Positions 29,994-42,004 of a stretch of 58,484 nucleotides of DNA are shown piece after piece (positions within the stretch are counted from its first letter, which is position 1; each line of letters begins with the position of its first letter). The DNA lies in NCBI GenBank assembly GCA_052034445.1, contig JBPOIN010000087.1:1-58484 (forward strand), in the 5' to 3' direction. The DNA comes from Pseudomonadota bacterium (GTDB lineage: Bacteria; Pseudomonadota; Gammaproteobacteria; Burkholderiales; Rhodocyclaceae). Under the pieces are notes generated by a model. The model was not told where the DNA came from and searched no databases. It saw only the letters and a program-made list of their open reading frames with translations. A program made the position numbers and the translations under genes.

Positions 29994-32303
29994 ATGCGTA
30001 TCGTCATCCTGGGTGGCGGCCCGGCCGGCTTGTATGCCTCGATCCTGCTGAAAAAAGCCGACCCGACGCGTGACATCACGCTCTACGAGCGCAATCCGGC
30101 GGATGCCCGGGTCGGCTGGGGCATTGTGTTTTCGGCAGCCACCCTCGGAAATCTGGCGCTTGCCGATGCCGAAAGCTATGCCGCCATCAGCAGCAGCTTC
30201 CATCACTGGGATGACTGCACGGTGCACTTCAAGGGGCGGCGCATCAACTCGGCTGGCCACCGCTTCTGCGGTATCGATCGCAGAAAGCTCCTCACCATCC
30301 TGCAAACGCGCGCCAGCAAACTCGGCGTCAAGCTTGCATTCGATGCCTGCATTTCAGACGTCGCCGCGTTGGGCCATGCCGACCTGATCGTGGCCGCCGA
30401 TGGCGTCAATAGCATGCTGCGCAACCAGTATGCCGAACATTTCCGGCCCAGCATCGAACTCGGCAAGTGTCGCTATCTCTGGCTCGGAACCAACCTCAAA
30501 CTCGACGCGTTCACCTTCATCAGCGAACCCAGCGAATGGGGCTGGTTTCAGGCCCATGCCTACCAATTCGACAGCGAAACCAGTTCCTTCATAGTCGAAT
30601 GTCACGAGGAAACCTGGCTGGCCGCCGGCCTCGACCGTCTCGACGAGCAGGCCACACTGGAGTTCTGCGAACGTATCTTCGCCAGACACCTACAGGGACA
30701 AACCCTGAGCGCCGGCAAGGAAGGCCGCACGCGCGAACCATACGGACAAGCCGTCGCCTGGCTGAATTTTCGCCGCCTGAGCTGTGAGCGCTGGCGCCAC
30801 GAAAATATCGTGCTGATCGGCGATGCCGCGCATACGGCGCATTTCTCGATCGGTTCGGGCACCAAGCTGGCCATGGAAGACGCCATCGCCCTGACAAAGG
30901 CGCTCGGTGCGCACTCGCGCAACATCGGCGCAGCGCTCGAACACTACCAGCAGGAACGCAGCCTCGAAGCCCTCAAACTGCAGAATGCGGCGCGCAATCG
31001 CATGGAATGGTTCGAGAATGTCGCGCGCTACAGCCATCTGCAACCAGAGCAATTCGCCTATTCACTGCTGACCGGCAGCCAGCGCATCGGCCACGAGAAC
31101 CTGCGCCAACGCGACCCGGACTACGTAGCCACCATCGAAACCTGGCTGGCCGAAAAAAGTGGCGCAGATTATCGCGCAGGCAGTGTGCCGCCGCCAATGT
31201 TTACCCCCTTCAGTCTTGCCGGTCTGACGCTCAAAAACCGCATCGTGGTCTCGCCCATGGCCATGTATTCGAGCGACAACGGTGTGCCCGGAGATTTTCA
31301 TCTGGTTCATCTGGGCAGCCGCGCCCTGGGCGGTGCGGGTCTGGTCATGACCGAGATGGCCGCGATTTCGCCCTCGGCACGTATCACGCCAGGATGTAGC
31401 GGGATCTGGAACGACGAACAGGTGGGCGCCTGGCGCCGCATCGTGAATTTCGTCCATCAGCAGTCGGACGCCTGCATCGGCCTGCAAATTGGCCATGCCG
31501 GTCCCAAAGGCTCGACGCAACCCGGCTGGCAAGCGATCGACGAACCACTCGCAACCGGCAACTGGTCGTTGCTTGCGGCTTCGGCGCTCGCTTACGGCGA
31601 CCGCAACCAGCTCCCGCACGCCATGACTCGCGCTGACATGGATACGGTCCGCGCGGACTTCGTCGCCGCCGCTGAACGTGCGCTCGCAGCCGATTTCGAT
31701 CTGCTTGAAGTGCATTGCGCACACGGTTACCTGCTATCGAGCTTTCTCTGCCCCTTGACCAATCGACGCACCGACGAATACGGCGGCCCATTGATCAACC
31801 GTTTGCGCTTTCCGCTTGAGATCTGCCAGGCCGTGCGCGCCGCCTGGCCCGCTGACCGACCGCTGGCGGTACGCATCTCGGCGCACGACTGGGCACCCGG
31901 CGGCAATACGCCCGCCGACGCCGTCATCATGGCCAGGCATTTCAAGGAGGCTGGCGTCGACCTGATCGATGTCTCATCCGGTCAAACCACCCGGGCCGCC
32001 CAACCGATTTACGGCCGCATGTACCAGACGCCATTCGCCGATCAGATCCGCAACGAAGTCGGCATTGCCACCATCGCAGTGGGCAACATCCAGGATGCCG
32101 ACCAGGTCAATACCATCATCACTGCCGGTCGCGCCGATCTCTGCGCCTTGGCCCGCCCGCATCTGGCCGATCCAGCCTGGTCCCTGCATGCCGCTGCCGC
32201 CCAAGGATTCCAGGAGATGTCCTGGCCACGTCAGTATCTGAGCGGCAAGGAACAGCATGAAAGAAGCCTCGCCCGCCCCCGCTCAGACACAAACACCGTA
32301 TAA
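29994..32303 (+). CDS. Bifunctional 2-aminobenzoyl-CoA/salicylyl-CoA monooxygenase-reductase (AbmA-like)
   Basis: FAD monooxygenase N-terminus ([31 protein letters not shown]) fused to an old-yellow-enzyme domain ([29 protein letters not shown]). Confidence 0.9.
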   Translation: MRIVILGGGPAGLYASILLKKADPTRDITLYERNPADARVGWGIVFSAATLGNLALADAESYAAISSSFHHWDDCTVHFKGRRINSAGHRFCGIDRRKLLTILQTRASKLGVKLAFDACISDVAALGHADLIVAADGVNSMLRNQYAEHFRPSIELGKCRYLWLGTNLKLDAFTFISEPSEWGWFQAHAYQFDSETSSFIVECHEETWLAAGLDRLDEQATLEFCERIFARHLQGQTLSAGKEGRTREPYGQAVAWLNFRRLSCERWRHENIVLIGDAAHTAHFSIGSGTKLAMEDAIALTKALGAHSRNIGAALEHYQQERSLEALKLQNAARNRMEWFENVARYSHLQPEQFAYSLLTGSQRIGHENLRQRDPDYVATIETWLAEKSGADYRAGSVPPPMFTPFSLAGLTLKNRIVVSPMAMYSSDNGVPGDFHLVHLGSRALGGAGLVMTEMAAISPSARITPGCSGIWNDEQVGAWRRIVNFVHQQSDACIGLQIGHAGPKGSTQPGWQAIDEPLATGNWSLLAASALAYGDRNQLPHAMTRADMDTVRADFVAAAERALAADFDLLEVHCAHGYLLSSFLCPLTNRRTDEYGGPLINRLRFPLEICQAVRAAWPADRPLAVRISAHDWAPGGNTPADAVIMARHFKEAGVDLIDVSSGQTTRAAQPIYGRMYQTPFADQIRNEVGIATIAVGNIQDADQVNTIITAGRADLCALARPHLADPAWSLHAAAAQGFQEMSWPRQYLSGKEQHERSLARPRSDTNTV

Positions 32304-32345
32304 CCGCCAACCCGATCCAGAAATGTTGTTCATTCCCACGCCCAC

Positions 32346-32858
32346 ATGATGAGCCCAACTACCAAGCCCTCCTCGGACACCGAAACCCGCGCCACCAGCG
32401 AACATGCCGAGTCATTGCGGCTATGGCTGCGCATGTTGACCTGCAGCAATATGATCGAAGGCCAGGTCAGAAGCCGGCTGCGGCAATCGTTCGACACCAC
32501 GCTGCCGCGCTTCGATCTGATGGCACAACTCGAACGCGTGCCGCAGGGCATGAAAATGAACGAACTGTCGAAACGCATGATGGTGACCTGCGGCAATGTC
32601 ACGGCCATCACCGATCAACTCGTCAAGGAAGGCCTCGTAACTCGCACGGAAATTCCGCACGACCGCCGCGCCTACAACATCAAGCTCACTGCCAAGGGAC
32701 TCCGCGCCTTCACAAAAATGGCCAAGGCGCACGAAATGTGGATTGTCGAAATGCTGGGCGGACTGAATCCCGAGGAACGCGACGATCTGTACGCCCTGCT
32801 AGCCAAGGTGAAAAACCAGGTCACCAACGCCACCCAGGCCGGCAAGGCCAACCAGTAA
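32346..32858 (+). CDS. MarR-family transcriptional regulator
   Basis: [33 protein letters not shown]...LTAKG. Confidence 0.92.
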   Translation: MMSPTTKPSSDTETRATSEHAESLRLWLRMLTCSNMIEGQVRSRLRQSFDTTLPRFDLMAQLERVPQGMKMNELSKRMMVTCGNVTAITDQLVKEGLVTRTEIPHDRRAYNIKLTAKGLRAFTKMAKAHEMWIVEMLGGLNPEERDDLYALLAKVKNQVTNATQAGKANQ

Positions 32859-32860
32859 TC

Positions 32861-33694
32861 ATGTTGCCATCGACATTGCCCGGCGAATCGTTGAACAGTT
32901 ATCAAGCCCGCCATTTTCTCTGGCGCGTCAATGCCGGCTGCGCCACGCTGACGCTCAACCGCCCTGAACGCAAGAACCCACTGACATTCGAGTCTTACCG
33001 CGAATTGCGCGATCTGTTCATGACGCTCCGGCAGGCCGCGGACATCAAGGCCATCGTCATCCATGGCGCGGGTGAAAACTTCTGCTCGGGCGGCGACGTA
33101 CACGACATCATCGGCCCACTGACACGCATGAGCATGCCGGAACTGCTCGACTTCACGCGCCTGACCGGCGACCTCGTGAAAGCCATGCGCGCCTGTCCGC
33201 AACCCGTGATTGCGGCGATTGATGGCGTCTGTGCGGGTGCCGGCGCAATGCTCGCCCTGGCTGCCGACATGCGCCTGGGGACGGCACGCAGCCGCACGGC
33301 CTTCCTGTTCTCGCGCGTCGGTCTCGCGGGCTGCGACATGGGCGCCTGTGCGCTATTGCCGCGCGTCGTCGGCCAGGGGCGGGCGAGCGAACTGCTGCAT
33401 ACGGGCCGCAGCATGAGCGGCGAGGAAGCCGAACGCTGGGGATTCCTGAACCGGCTCTGCGCCCCCGAGACACTCCTCGACGACGCCATCGCACTGGCCA
33501 GCGAACTCGCCAGCGGCCCGAACTTCGCGCACGCCATGACCAAGCACATGCTGCATGTGGAATGGAACATGGGCCTCGATCAGGCAATCGACGCCGAGGC
33601 GACAGCGCAAGCCATCTGCATGCAGACCGAGGACTTCAAGCGCGCCTATCGGGCGTTTGTCGCCAAGCAGAAACCCGTGTTTGGCGGCAACTGA
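32861..33694 (+). CDS. Enoyl-CoA hydratase/isomerase family protein
   Basis: [27 protein letters not shown]. Confidence 0.92.
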   Translation: MLPSTLPGESLNSYQARHFLWRVNAGCATLTLNRPERKNPLTFESYRELRDLFMTLRQAADIKAIVIHGAGENFCSGGDVHDIIGPLTRMSMPELLDFTRLTGDLVKAMRACPQPVIAAIDGVCAGAGAMLALAADMRLGTARSRTAFLFSRVGLAGCDMGACALLPRVVGQGRASELLHTGRSMSGEEAERWGFLNRLCAPETLLDDAIALASELASGPNFAHAMTKHMLHVEWNMGLDQAIDAEATAQAICMQTEDFKRAYRAFVAKQKPVFGGN

Positions 33695-34899
33695 TGTCCC
33701 GCGACATGGACAGCCATCTCGACTGGCCATTCTTCACGGCGGAGCACCGCGAGCTGGCGCAGCAAGCCCGGGCCTGGGTTGCAGACCAATGCGCCGGATC
33801 AGCGAGGCCGGAGGCCAACGCCAGCCCCGAAGAAACCGAACGCCAGTGCCAACACTGGGTGCAGACACTTGGACAGGCCGGCTGGCTGCAACATGCTGTC
33901 GGCAACGCCGCCGCAATCGGCCAAGATCGCCTGGACCTGCGCACCATCTGCCTGCTGCGCGAAACCCTGGCATATCACTCGGGGCTCGCCGATTTCTGCT
34001 TCGCCATGCAGGGACTGGGCGCCGGAGCCATCCTGCTGCACGGCAACGCTGCGCAAAAATCAGCTTATCTGCCACGCATCGCCAGCGGCGCAGCGATCGC
34101 CGCGTTTGCGCTCTCGGAAGAGCAGGCCGGCTCCGATGCCGCAGCGCTCAGCCTGCAGGCCTGCCGCGCTGGCGAAGACTGGCTGCTGAGTGGCGAGAAA
34201 ACCTGGGTCTCGAACGGTGGCATCGCAGATGTTTATGTCGTCTTCGCGCACAGCGGCGAAGCCCCGGGCGCCGCAGGAATTTCGGCATTCATCGTCGACG
34301 CTGATGTGCCGGGGCTCGAAGTAGCCGAACGCCTCGAAACACTGACGCCGCACCCCCTCGCCCGACTGCGCTTTGATCGCTGCCGCGTCACGGCCGACAA
34401 ACTGATCGGACAACCCGGGGAAGGCTTCCGGATTGCCATGCGCACGCTCGATGTATTCCGCAGCTCGGTCGCGGCAGCCGCGCTGGGCTTTGCCCGGCGT
34501 GCCTGCGACACCGCCTTGCAGCACGCACAATCGCGCACCATGTTCGGCCGCCAGCTCGCCGACATGCAACTGACCCAGGCGCGTCTGGCCGACATGGCCA
34601 CCGCCATTGATGCCGCCGCGTTACTAACCTATCGCGCCGCCTGGCAACACGATCAGGCACCCGGGCAACCCGTCACGCGCGCAGCAGCGATGGCCAAGTT
34701 GTTCGCGACCGAGCAGGCCCAGCAGGTCATCGACAGCGCCGTGCAATTGCTCGGCGGACGCGGCGTCCTCAAACAGGGCATCTGCGCAACGCTGTATCAG
34801 GAAATTCGCGCCCTGCGCATCTACGAAGGCGCCAGCGAAGTCCAGCAATTGATCATTGCCCGCGAGATGCTCAGGCAATCCAGAACGCACCTCCCCTGA
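33694..34899 (+). CDS. Acyl-CoA dehydrogenase
   Basis: [39 protein letters not shown]; TGATG overlap with the upstream gene. Confidence 0.92.
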   Translation: MSRDMDSHLDWPFFTAEHRELAQQARAWVADQCAGSARPEANASPEETERQCQHWVQTLGQAGWLQHAVGNAAAIGQDRLDLRTICLLRETLAYHSGLADFCFAMQGLGAGAILLHGNAAQKSAYLPRIASGAAIAAFALSEEQAGSDAAALSLQACRAGEDWLLSGEKTWVSNGGIADVYVVFAHSGEAPGAAGISAFIVDADVPGLEVAERLETLTPHPLARLRFDRCRVTADKLIGQPGEGFRIAMRTLDVFRSSVAAAALGFARRACDTALQHAQSRTMFGRQLADMQLTQARLADMATAIDAAALLTYRAAWQHDQAPGQPVTRAAAMAKLFATEQAQQVIDSAVQLLGGRGVLKQGICATLYQEIRALRIYEGASEVQQLIIAREMLRQSRTHLP

Positions 34900-34999
34900 G
34901 CCGATACAATCTACCGCCAGGAATTCTCGGCGCCGCACTGCGAGCATTCGTGCAAACTGACGTAAAATTCCAGCCTCCCCATTGGCTGAATATGACCTC

Positions 35000-35404
35000 A
35001 TGATCTCACTAGCCACGCCTGCCGGTTCATCATCGCCACGCTTGCCAAGCGCATCGACACTCCTGCTGACCGTGCTGGCCGCACTGCACCTGACGGGCTG
35101 CGAACAACTGGGAATCGATGACCCCGCCAAGCTCGCAGCCGCCAAGGAAGCCGAAGGCAAGGCCGTTGGCGGCGCCTGCCGTCACTCCGGCCGCGCGCTG
35201 GAGGATTGCTACACTCTGAACCCGAAGGCACTCAAAGCCGCTGTGTTTGCGGGCTGGCGCGACATGGATGGCTATATGCGTGAAAACAAGATCGAAAACG
35301 CCACGCCCACTGAAACTCGCGCCAAACCCGCCGAGCCGAAGGCTAGCGAAGGCAAAGCGCCCGAACCCAGCACCGCCGACAAGGCCAAACCCGCCAAGCA
35401 TTGA
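35000..35404 (+). CDS. Hypothetical lipoprotein (start uncertain)
   Basis: Hydrophobic stretch with lipobox LTGC, folded-looking core ACRHSGRALEDCY...FAGWRDMD, Pro/Lys/Ala-rich tail. Confidence 0.7.
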   Translation: MISLATPAGSSSPRLPSASTLLLTVLAALHLTGCEQLGIDDPAKLAAAKEAEGKAVGGACRHSGRALEDCYTLNPKALKAAVFAGWRDMDGYMRENKIENATPTETRAKPAEPKASEGKAPEPSTADKAKPAKH

Positions 35405-35476
35405 GTTCGCGCTCGCCCCATCCACGACGCCCTCTGCTCATCCAGAACCCTGCGCTGCAACGCCTGAACTTCCTCC

Positions 35477-36313
35477 ATGCCCGCTTCTACTGACCACCAC
35501 CGGCCATTCGATCTGCGTGCCGAGCTTCCTGATCACGCCGCACAGTTTGCGCGCTGGAGCGAAGCATCGCGCGCCGTGCGCGAGCAACTGCGTTGTGAAG
35601 CTGATTATTACTATGGCTCCGCCCCCACGGAAACCCTGGACTTCTTTCCGGCCAGCCACGCCAATGCGCCGTTATTCATATTCATACCCGGCATGGCCTG
35701 GTGGGATTGCGACAAGTCAGACTTCGCCTTTATCGCCCCCCCCTTCATCGAAGCCGGCATCAGTCTGGCCGTACTCAATCACGGCCCTGCGGCGCACAGC
35801 GACTATGCAGAAATCATTCGTCAGATGCTGCGTGCCTGTGTTTGGCTGTGGCATAACGCCCCTGATCTCGGCGCCGATCCGGCACGCATGTTCATCGGCG
35901 GCCATGCGGCTGGCGCGCATCTGGCAGCCATACTACTGGCAGCGCAATGGTCAGCGCATGCCCCCGGTCTGCCTGATCATCTCTTGCGTGGCGGCGTCTG
36001 CATCAGCGGACTCTACGATCTCGCGGCCATCGCCCCGGTAAACATCGCCGGCTGGCCCCACGACACTGCCGCAGCCCGGCACGTAAGTCCGACCAACTAC
36101 CTGCCGCCGCGTGCGCAAACGCTCATCACCGCCGTTGGCAGCCAGGAAAACGAAGAATTCCAGCGCCAGAACTGCTTGCTCGGACAAACCTGGCCACACT
36201 GCGCAACCCGTCATCTCCGCATTGCCGACCACCACCATCTGAGCCTCCTCGCAACACTGGGCGAAGGCAGCAGCGAGCTGTTTCAGGCCGCACGCCGCCT
36301 GATCCTTGCCTGA
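35477..36313 (+). CDS. Alpha/beta hydrolase, arylformamidase (kynurenine formamidase)-like, with a degenerate active site
   Basis: YGSAPTETLDFF, ISGLYDL, VGSQENEEFQRQ and HH motifs; the expected HGGYW reads PGMAW and GHSAG reads GHAAG. Confidence 0.8.
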   Translation: MPASTDHHRPFDLRAELPDHAAQFARWSEASRAVREQLRCEADYYYGSAPTETLDFFPASHANAPLFIFIPGMAWWDCDKSDFAFIAPPFIEAGISLAVLNHGPAAHSDYAEIIRQMLRACVWLWHNAPDLGADPARMFIGGHAAGAHLAAILLAAQWSAHAPGLPDHLLRGGVCISGLYDLAAIAPVNIAGWPHDTAAARHVSPTNYLPPRAQTLITAVGSQENEEFQRQNCLLGQTWPHCATRHLRIADHHHLSLLATLGEGSSELFQAARRLILA

Positions 36314-36569
36314 GAGCGTGTCGCGCCAGCCGGCGCATTCATCGCAGCAGCGAGGAAAGCGCCGCCAAATCAGTCCGCTAAGCGGATTTCGGGTGCGGAT
36401 TCGGCTATACTGGCTGGATCGTCGCCTTGCCGGTTAGCGACGTGGCGCATGGTCAATCCGACCAACGCCTCGGGATATTCAATCCCGTTCCCACTTCACG
36501 AACCCTCGTTCGCTGCCTGAACCGGTACCCCGCCCCAAACGCGGAGACAGGCCGCATCAGGAGCCATCA

Positions 36570-38111
<1,542 letters not shown>

Positions 38112-38179
38112 TGGTCCCTTGAAGCGCATGCGGTATTCTGGCCATACTTCCAGGTAAGCCACCGCTCAGAGGAATACCC

Positions 38180-39817
38180 ATGCTGCAGATCATCAAAGCC
38201 CTCATTCCGCAACGTTACTGGGCCTGGGCAATTTGTGCGCTGATTTGCCTGTTCAGCCTGGTCGCCTTGAGCCTGTCGAACAGCTGGCTTTGGCCGGCCC
38301 TGATCGCGGGATCTTTGACGCTGGTCGGCCTGGCTGATTTCCTGCAACACAAGCATGCGATCCGACGCAATTACCCGGTACTCGCGCACTTCCGCTTTTT
38401 CTTCGAATACATCCGCCCCGAAATCCGCCAGTATTTCCTCGAAACGGATTCCGAAGAGCTGCCGTTCTCGCGCGCCCAGCGCTCGATCGTCTACCAGCGC
38501 GCCAAGCAGGCCGGCGACAAACGTCCGTTCGGCACCCAGCTCAACGTGTATGAATCACAGTACGAGTGGATCAATCACTCGATTGCGCCCGTGCCGATTC
38601 CCAGCCATGACTTCCGCATCACGATCGGTGGGCCGCGCTGCCGCCAGCCGTATTCGGCCAGCGTGCTGAACATCTCGGCCATGAGTTTCGGCGCCCTGTC
38701 AGCCAATGCGATCCTGGCGCTGAATGCCGGCGCCCAGCGCGGACATTTCTTTCACGACACGGGCGAGGGCTCGATCTCGCGCTATCACCGCCAGCCGGGT
38801 GGCGACCTGGTCTGGGAAATCGCCAGCGGCTACTTCGGCTGCCGCGATGCGAACGGCAACTTCGACCCGCAGCAATTCGCCGCACAAGCACGCCAGCCGC
38901 AGGTCAAGATGATCGAGATCAAGCTCTCGCAAGGCGCCAAACCCGGCCACGGCGGCCTGCTGCCGGGCGCCAAGGTTACCGCCGAAATTGCCGAAGCCCG
39001 CGGTGTCGAGCCCGGCAAGGACTGCATCTCGCCGCCCCGACACTCGGCCTTTTCGACGCCGCTCGAACTCATCGGCTTTGTCGAACAGCTGCGCGAACTG
39101 TCCGACGGCAAACCGGTCGGCATCAAGCTGGCGATCGGCCATCCCTGGGAATGGTTCGGCATCGTCAAGGCCATGCTCGCCACCGGCATCACGCCGGACT
39201 TTATCGTCGTCGACGGCGGCGAAGGCGGCACGGGCGCAGCGCCACTCGAATTTACCGATCACGTCGGCGCCCCGCTGCGCGACGGCCTGATGCTGGTACA
39301 TAACACGCTGGTCGGCGTTAACCTGCGCGATCAGATCCGCATCGGCGCTTCGGGCAAGATCGTCACGGCCTTCGACATCGCGCGCACGATTGCGCTCGGC
39401 GCCGACTGGTGCAATTCCGCGCGCGGCTTCATGTTCGCCCTTGGGTGCCTGCAGGGCCAGACTTGCCACAGCGGCCTGTGCCCAACCGGCGTCGCCACGC
39501 AAGACCCGCGCCGCATGCGCGCACTCGATGTCGATGACAAGTCGGCGCGCGTGTATCAGTTTCACAAGAACACGCTGTTCGCCCTCAAGGAACTGCTCAG
39601 CGCCGCCGGTTTGCAACATCCCGACGAACTCGGCCCCGAGCATGTGATGCGCCGCATCTCGACCGTCGAAGTGCTGTCCCTGGCGGCCCTGCACAACTGG
39701 CTGCAACCCGGCGAATTACTGACTGGCAAACCGGAACAAGCGATCTTCCACCTCAACTGGAGCAGCGCACGCGCCGAGACATTCGCCGCCCCACCCTCGG
39801 TGCTCAAGCGTCATTAA
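38180..39817 (+). CDS. FMN-binding glutamate-synthase-family protein
   Basis: SAMSFGALS, DTGEG, IEIKLSQGAKPGHGG, VDGGEGGTGAAP, CLQGQTCHSGLCPTGVATQD; N-terminal TM segments. Confidence 0.92.
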   Translation: MLQIIKALIPQRYWAWAICALICLFSLVALSLSNSWLWPALIAGSLTLVGLADFLQHKHAIRRNYPVLAHFRFFFEYIRPEIRQYFLETDSEELPFSRAQRSIVYQRAKQAGDKRPFGTQLNVYESQYEWINHSIAPVPIPSHDFRITIGGPRCRQPYSASVLNISAMSFGALSANAILALNAGAQRGHFFHDTGEGSISRYHRQPGGDLVWEIASGYFGCRDANGNFDPQQFAAQARQPQVKMIEIKLSQGAKPGHGGLLPGAKVTAEIAEARGVEPGKDCISPPRHSAFSTPLELIGFVEQLRELSDGKPVGIKLAIGHPWEWFGIVKAMLATGITPDFIVVDGGEGGTGAAPLEFTDHVGAPLRDGLMLVHNTLVGVNLRDQIRIGASGKIVTAFDIARTIALGADWCNSARGFMFALGCLQGQTCHSGLCPTGVATQDPRRMRALDVDDKSARVYQFHKNTLFALKELLSAAGLQHPDELGPEHVMRRISTVEVLSLAALHNWLQPGELLTGKPEQAIFHLNWSSARAETFAAPPSVLKRH

Positions 39818-39853
39818 CAGCGACGCCCGCAGCGCCGGCTGCAAAGCCCGTCT

Positions 39854-40495
39854 TTACTGCAAGCCGCCGAGATACACAGAAACAGCCTTGATTTCGAGAC
39901 CCGTGAGTTTCGAAGCAATCGAGTGCATGACCGAGTTGTCGTTAGTGCGTTCGCGCCGATTGAAGCCCTCGAGCTGAATCTCGATATAGGCTGGGTGCTG
40001 TCCGGCCAGGCGCGGCAGATTCTCGGTGCCATGGCCTTTCGGACCATGACACGAAGCACAGGCCGCGACGCCCGAAAAGCTGTTGCCCTTGTTGAATATG
40101 TAGCGTCCCACGCCGGCGAGTTCCTCGTCGCCGGGTTGGCGCGCGCCGGCCTTTTTGGCCGCGAAATAGCTCGCCAGCGCCGTGATTTCGGCATCCTGCA
40201 GATCTTTCGCCATCTCGCTCATGGTGTCACTCTTGCGCCGGCCGTCACGAAAATCGCGCAGCTGTTTCTGCAGATAGTTCGGGTGCTGGGCCGCAAGGCG
40301 CGGATATACCGCACTCGCGCTCTCGCCATCGGAACCGTGGCACAGGGAACAGCGTGCATTGACGATGTCCTGCGCGCTGCGCAGCGGTTTCACGCTGGCA
40401 ATGGGCTGGGGCTCCGGTTCGACGCCAGCGGCAACACCCGGCAACAGCACGCCGATCCCAAGCATGGCGCAGAACCCGACAAAAGACTGATGCAT
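39854..40495 (-). CDS. Dihaem cytochrome c (c4/c553 type)
   Basis: Signal peptide, CSLCH and CASCH haem motifs, YPRLAAQH and LPRLAGQH, distal Met residues. Confidence 0.9.
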   Translation of the reverse strand: MHQSFVGFCAMLGIGVLLPGVAAGVEPEPQPIASVKPLRSAQDIVNARCSLCHGSDGESASAVYPRLAAQHPNYLQKQLRDFRDGRRKSDTMSEMAKDLQDAEITALASYFAAKKAGARQPGDEELAGVGRYIFNKGNSFSGVAACASCHGPKGHGTENLPRLAGQHPAYIEIQLEGFNRRERTNDNSVMHSIASKLTGLEIKAVSVYLGGLQ

Positions 40496-40530
40496 TCGAA
40501 TACATCCTTCAAAAATCAAAAAGCATAACG

Positions 40531-40556
40531 ACAACGCCCGCAATTGCGGGCGTTGT
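40531..40556. terminator. Perfect 26-bp palindrome between pntB and the cytochrome gene
   Basis: ACAACGCCCGCAATTGCGGGCGTTGT; the minus-strand T tract is offset by several nt. Confidence 0.6.
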
Positions 40557-40575
40557 TCCTTGCACATCCAGCCAT

Positions 40576-41988
40576 TCAGACCTTGAGGGCCACCAGCACT
40601 TCGTCGAGCATTTTCTTCGCATCGCCGAATAACATGCGGTTGTTGTCCTTGTAGAACAGCGGATTGTCGACGCCGGCATAGCCGGAGGCCATGCTGCGCT
40701 TCATGACGATCGAGGTTCTGGCCTTCCAGACTTCGAGCACCGGCATGCCGGCGATCGGGCTGGTCGGGTCGTCCTGGGCGGCCGGATTGACGATGTCGTT
40801 GGCGCCGATGACCATGGCGACGTCGGTATCCGGGAAGTCGTCGTTGATCTCGTCCATTTCCATCACGATGTCGTAGGGCACCTTGGCCTCGGCGAGCAGC
40901 ACGTTCATGTGGCCGGGCATGCGGCCGGCGACCGGGTGGATGCCGAAGCGCACGTTGACGCCCTTCTCGCGCAGATGCCTGGTGATTTCGAACACCGTGT
41001 GCTGGGCCTGCGCCACCGCCATGCCGTAGCCGGGAACGATGATGACGTTCTTGGCTTCGCGCAGCAGCTCGGCGGTCTCGGTCGCGCTGACGGCGACGAC
41101 TTCGCCAGCCGGCTGTGCTGCGCCTGCAGCAGCCGCAGGGGCGCCGCCGCCGGTGCCAAAGCCGCCGGCGATGACGCTGATGAAGTTGCGATTCATCGCG
41201 TTGCACATGATGTACGACAGGATCGCGCCGGAGGAACCGACCAGTGCGCCAACGACGATCAGCAGGTCGTTCGACAGCATGAAGCCGGTCGCCGCCGCCG
41301 CCCAGCCGGAGTAGCTGTTGAGCATCGAGACCACCACCGGCATGTCGGCGCCGCCAATGGCCATCACCATATGAATGCCGAACAGCAGCGCGATGACGGT
41401 CATGACGATCAACGGCGTCATGCCGGCGTTGATGTCATGCGCATTGACGAATTCGCGACCGTACCAGATCACCACCAGCAGCAGGATCAGATTCAACCAG
41501 TGGCGCGCCGGCAGCAGCAACGGCTTACCGCCGATCTTGCCGGAGAGTTTGCCGAAGGCGATCAGCGAGCCGGATAGCGTGACCGCACCGATCAGGATAC
41601 CGACATAGACCTCGAGTTCGTGAATCGTTTTCTCGGCGCCAGTCAGCACCAGCGAGGTATCGATATAACTCGCGAAGCCGACCAGCACGGCGGCCAGGCC
41701 CACCAGGCTGTGCATCAGTGCGACGAGTTCGGGCATCTGCGTCATCTGCACGGTGCGTGCGGCGTAGAAGCCGATGCCGCCGCCGACGACCATGGCGCCG
41801 ATGATCCACGGAATGCCGGCTGCCGTGACGCGCGGACCGAACACTGTGGCCAGCACGGCGACGGCCATGCCGATGATGCCGTAGAGATTGCCGCGGCGCG
41901 AAGTTTCGGGATTGGAAAGACCGCCGAGACTAAGGATGAAGAGGATGATGGCTCCGATGTAGGAGACGGTGGCAAGGCTTGCAGACAT
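40576..41988 (-). CDS. pntB: NAD(P) transhydrogenase subunit beta
   Basis: [45 protein letters not shown]. Confidence 0.97.
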   Translation of the reverse strand: MSASLATVSYIGAIILFILSLGGLSNPETSRRGNLYGIIGMAVAVLATVFGPRVTAAGIPWIIGAMVVGGGIGFYAARTVQMTQMPELVALMHSLVGLAAVLVGFASYIDTSLVLTGAEKTIHELEVYVGILIGAVTLSGSLIAFGKLSGKIGGKPLLLPARHWLNLILLLVVIWYGREFVNAHDINAGMTPLIVMTVIALLFGIHMVMAIGGADMPVVVSMLNSYSGWAAAATGFMLSNDLLIVVGALVGSSGAILSYIMCNAMNRNFISVIAGGFGTGGGAPAAAAGAAQPAGEVVAVSATETAELLREAKNVIIVPGYGMAVAQAQHTVFEITRHLREKGVNVRFGIHPVAGRMPGHMNVLLAEAKVPYDIVMEMDEINDDFPDTDVAMVIGANDIVNPAAQDDPTSPIAGMPVLEVWKARTSIVMKRSMASGYAGVDNPLFYKDNNRMLFGDAKKMLDEVLVALKV

Positions 41989-42004
41989 GGTGATCGTCTC
42001 CTTC

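Noticed and set aside
32423-32860. N-terminal extension of enoyl-CoA hydratase in the 423-aa ORF (also the extensions on acyl-CoA dehydrogenase, cytochrome 39854-41206 and RNase 51786-52691)
   Set aside because: They overlap well-supported upstream genes in another frame; downstream ATGs match family N-termini, so these are not fusions.
34900-34907. Sigma28 -10 element GCCGATAC before the lipoprotein gene
   Set aside because: No TAAA -35 element at the 15-nt spacing.
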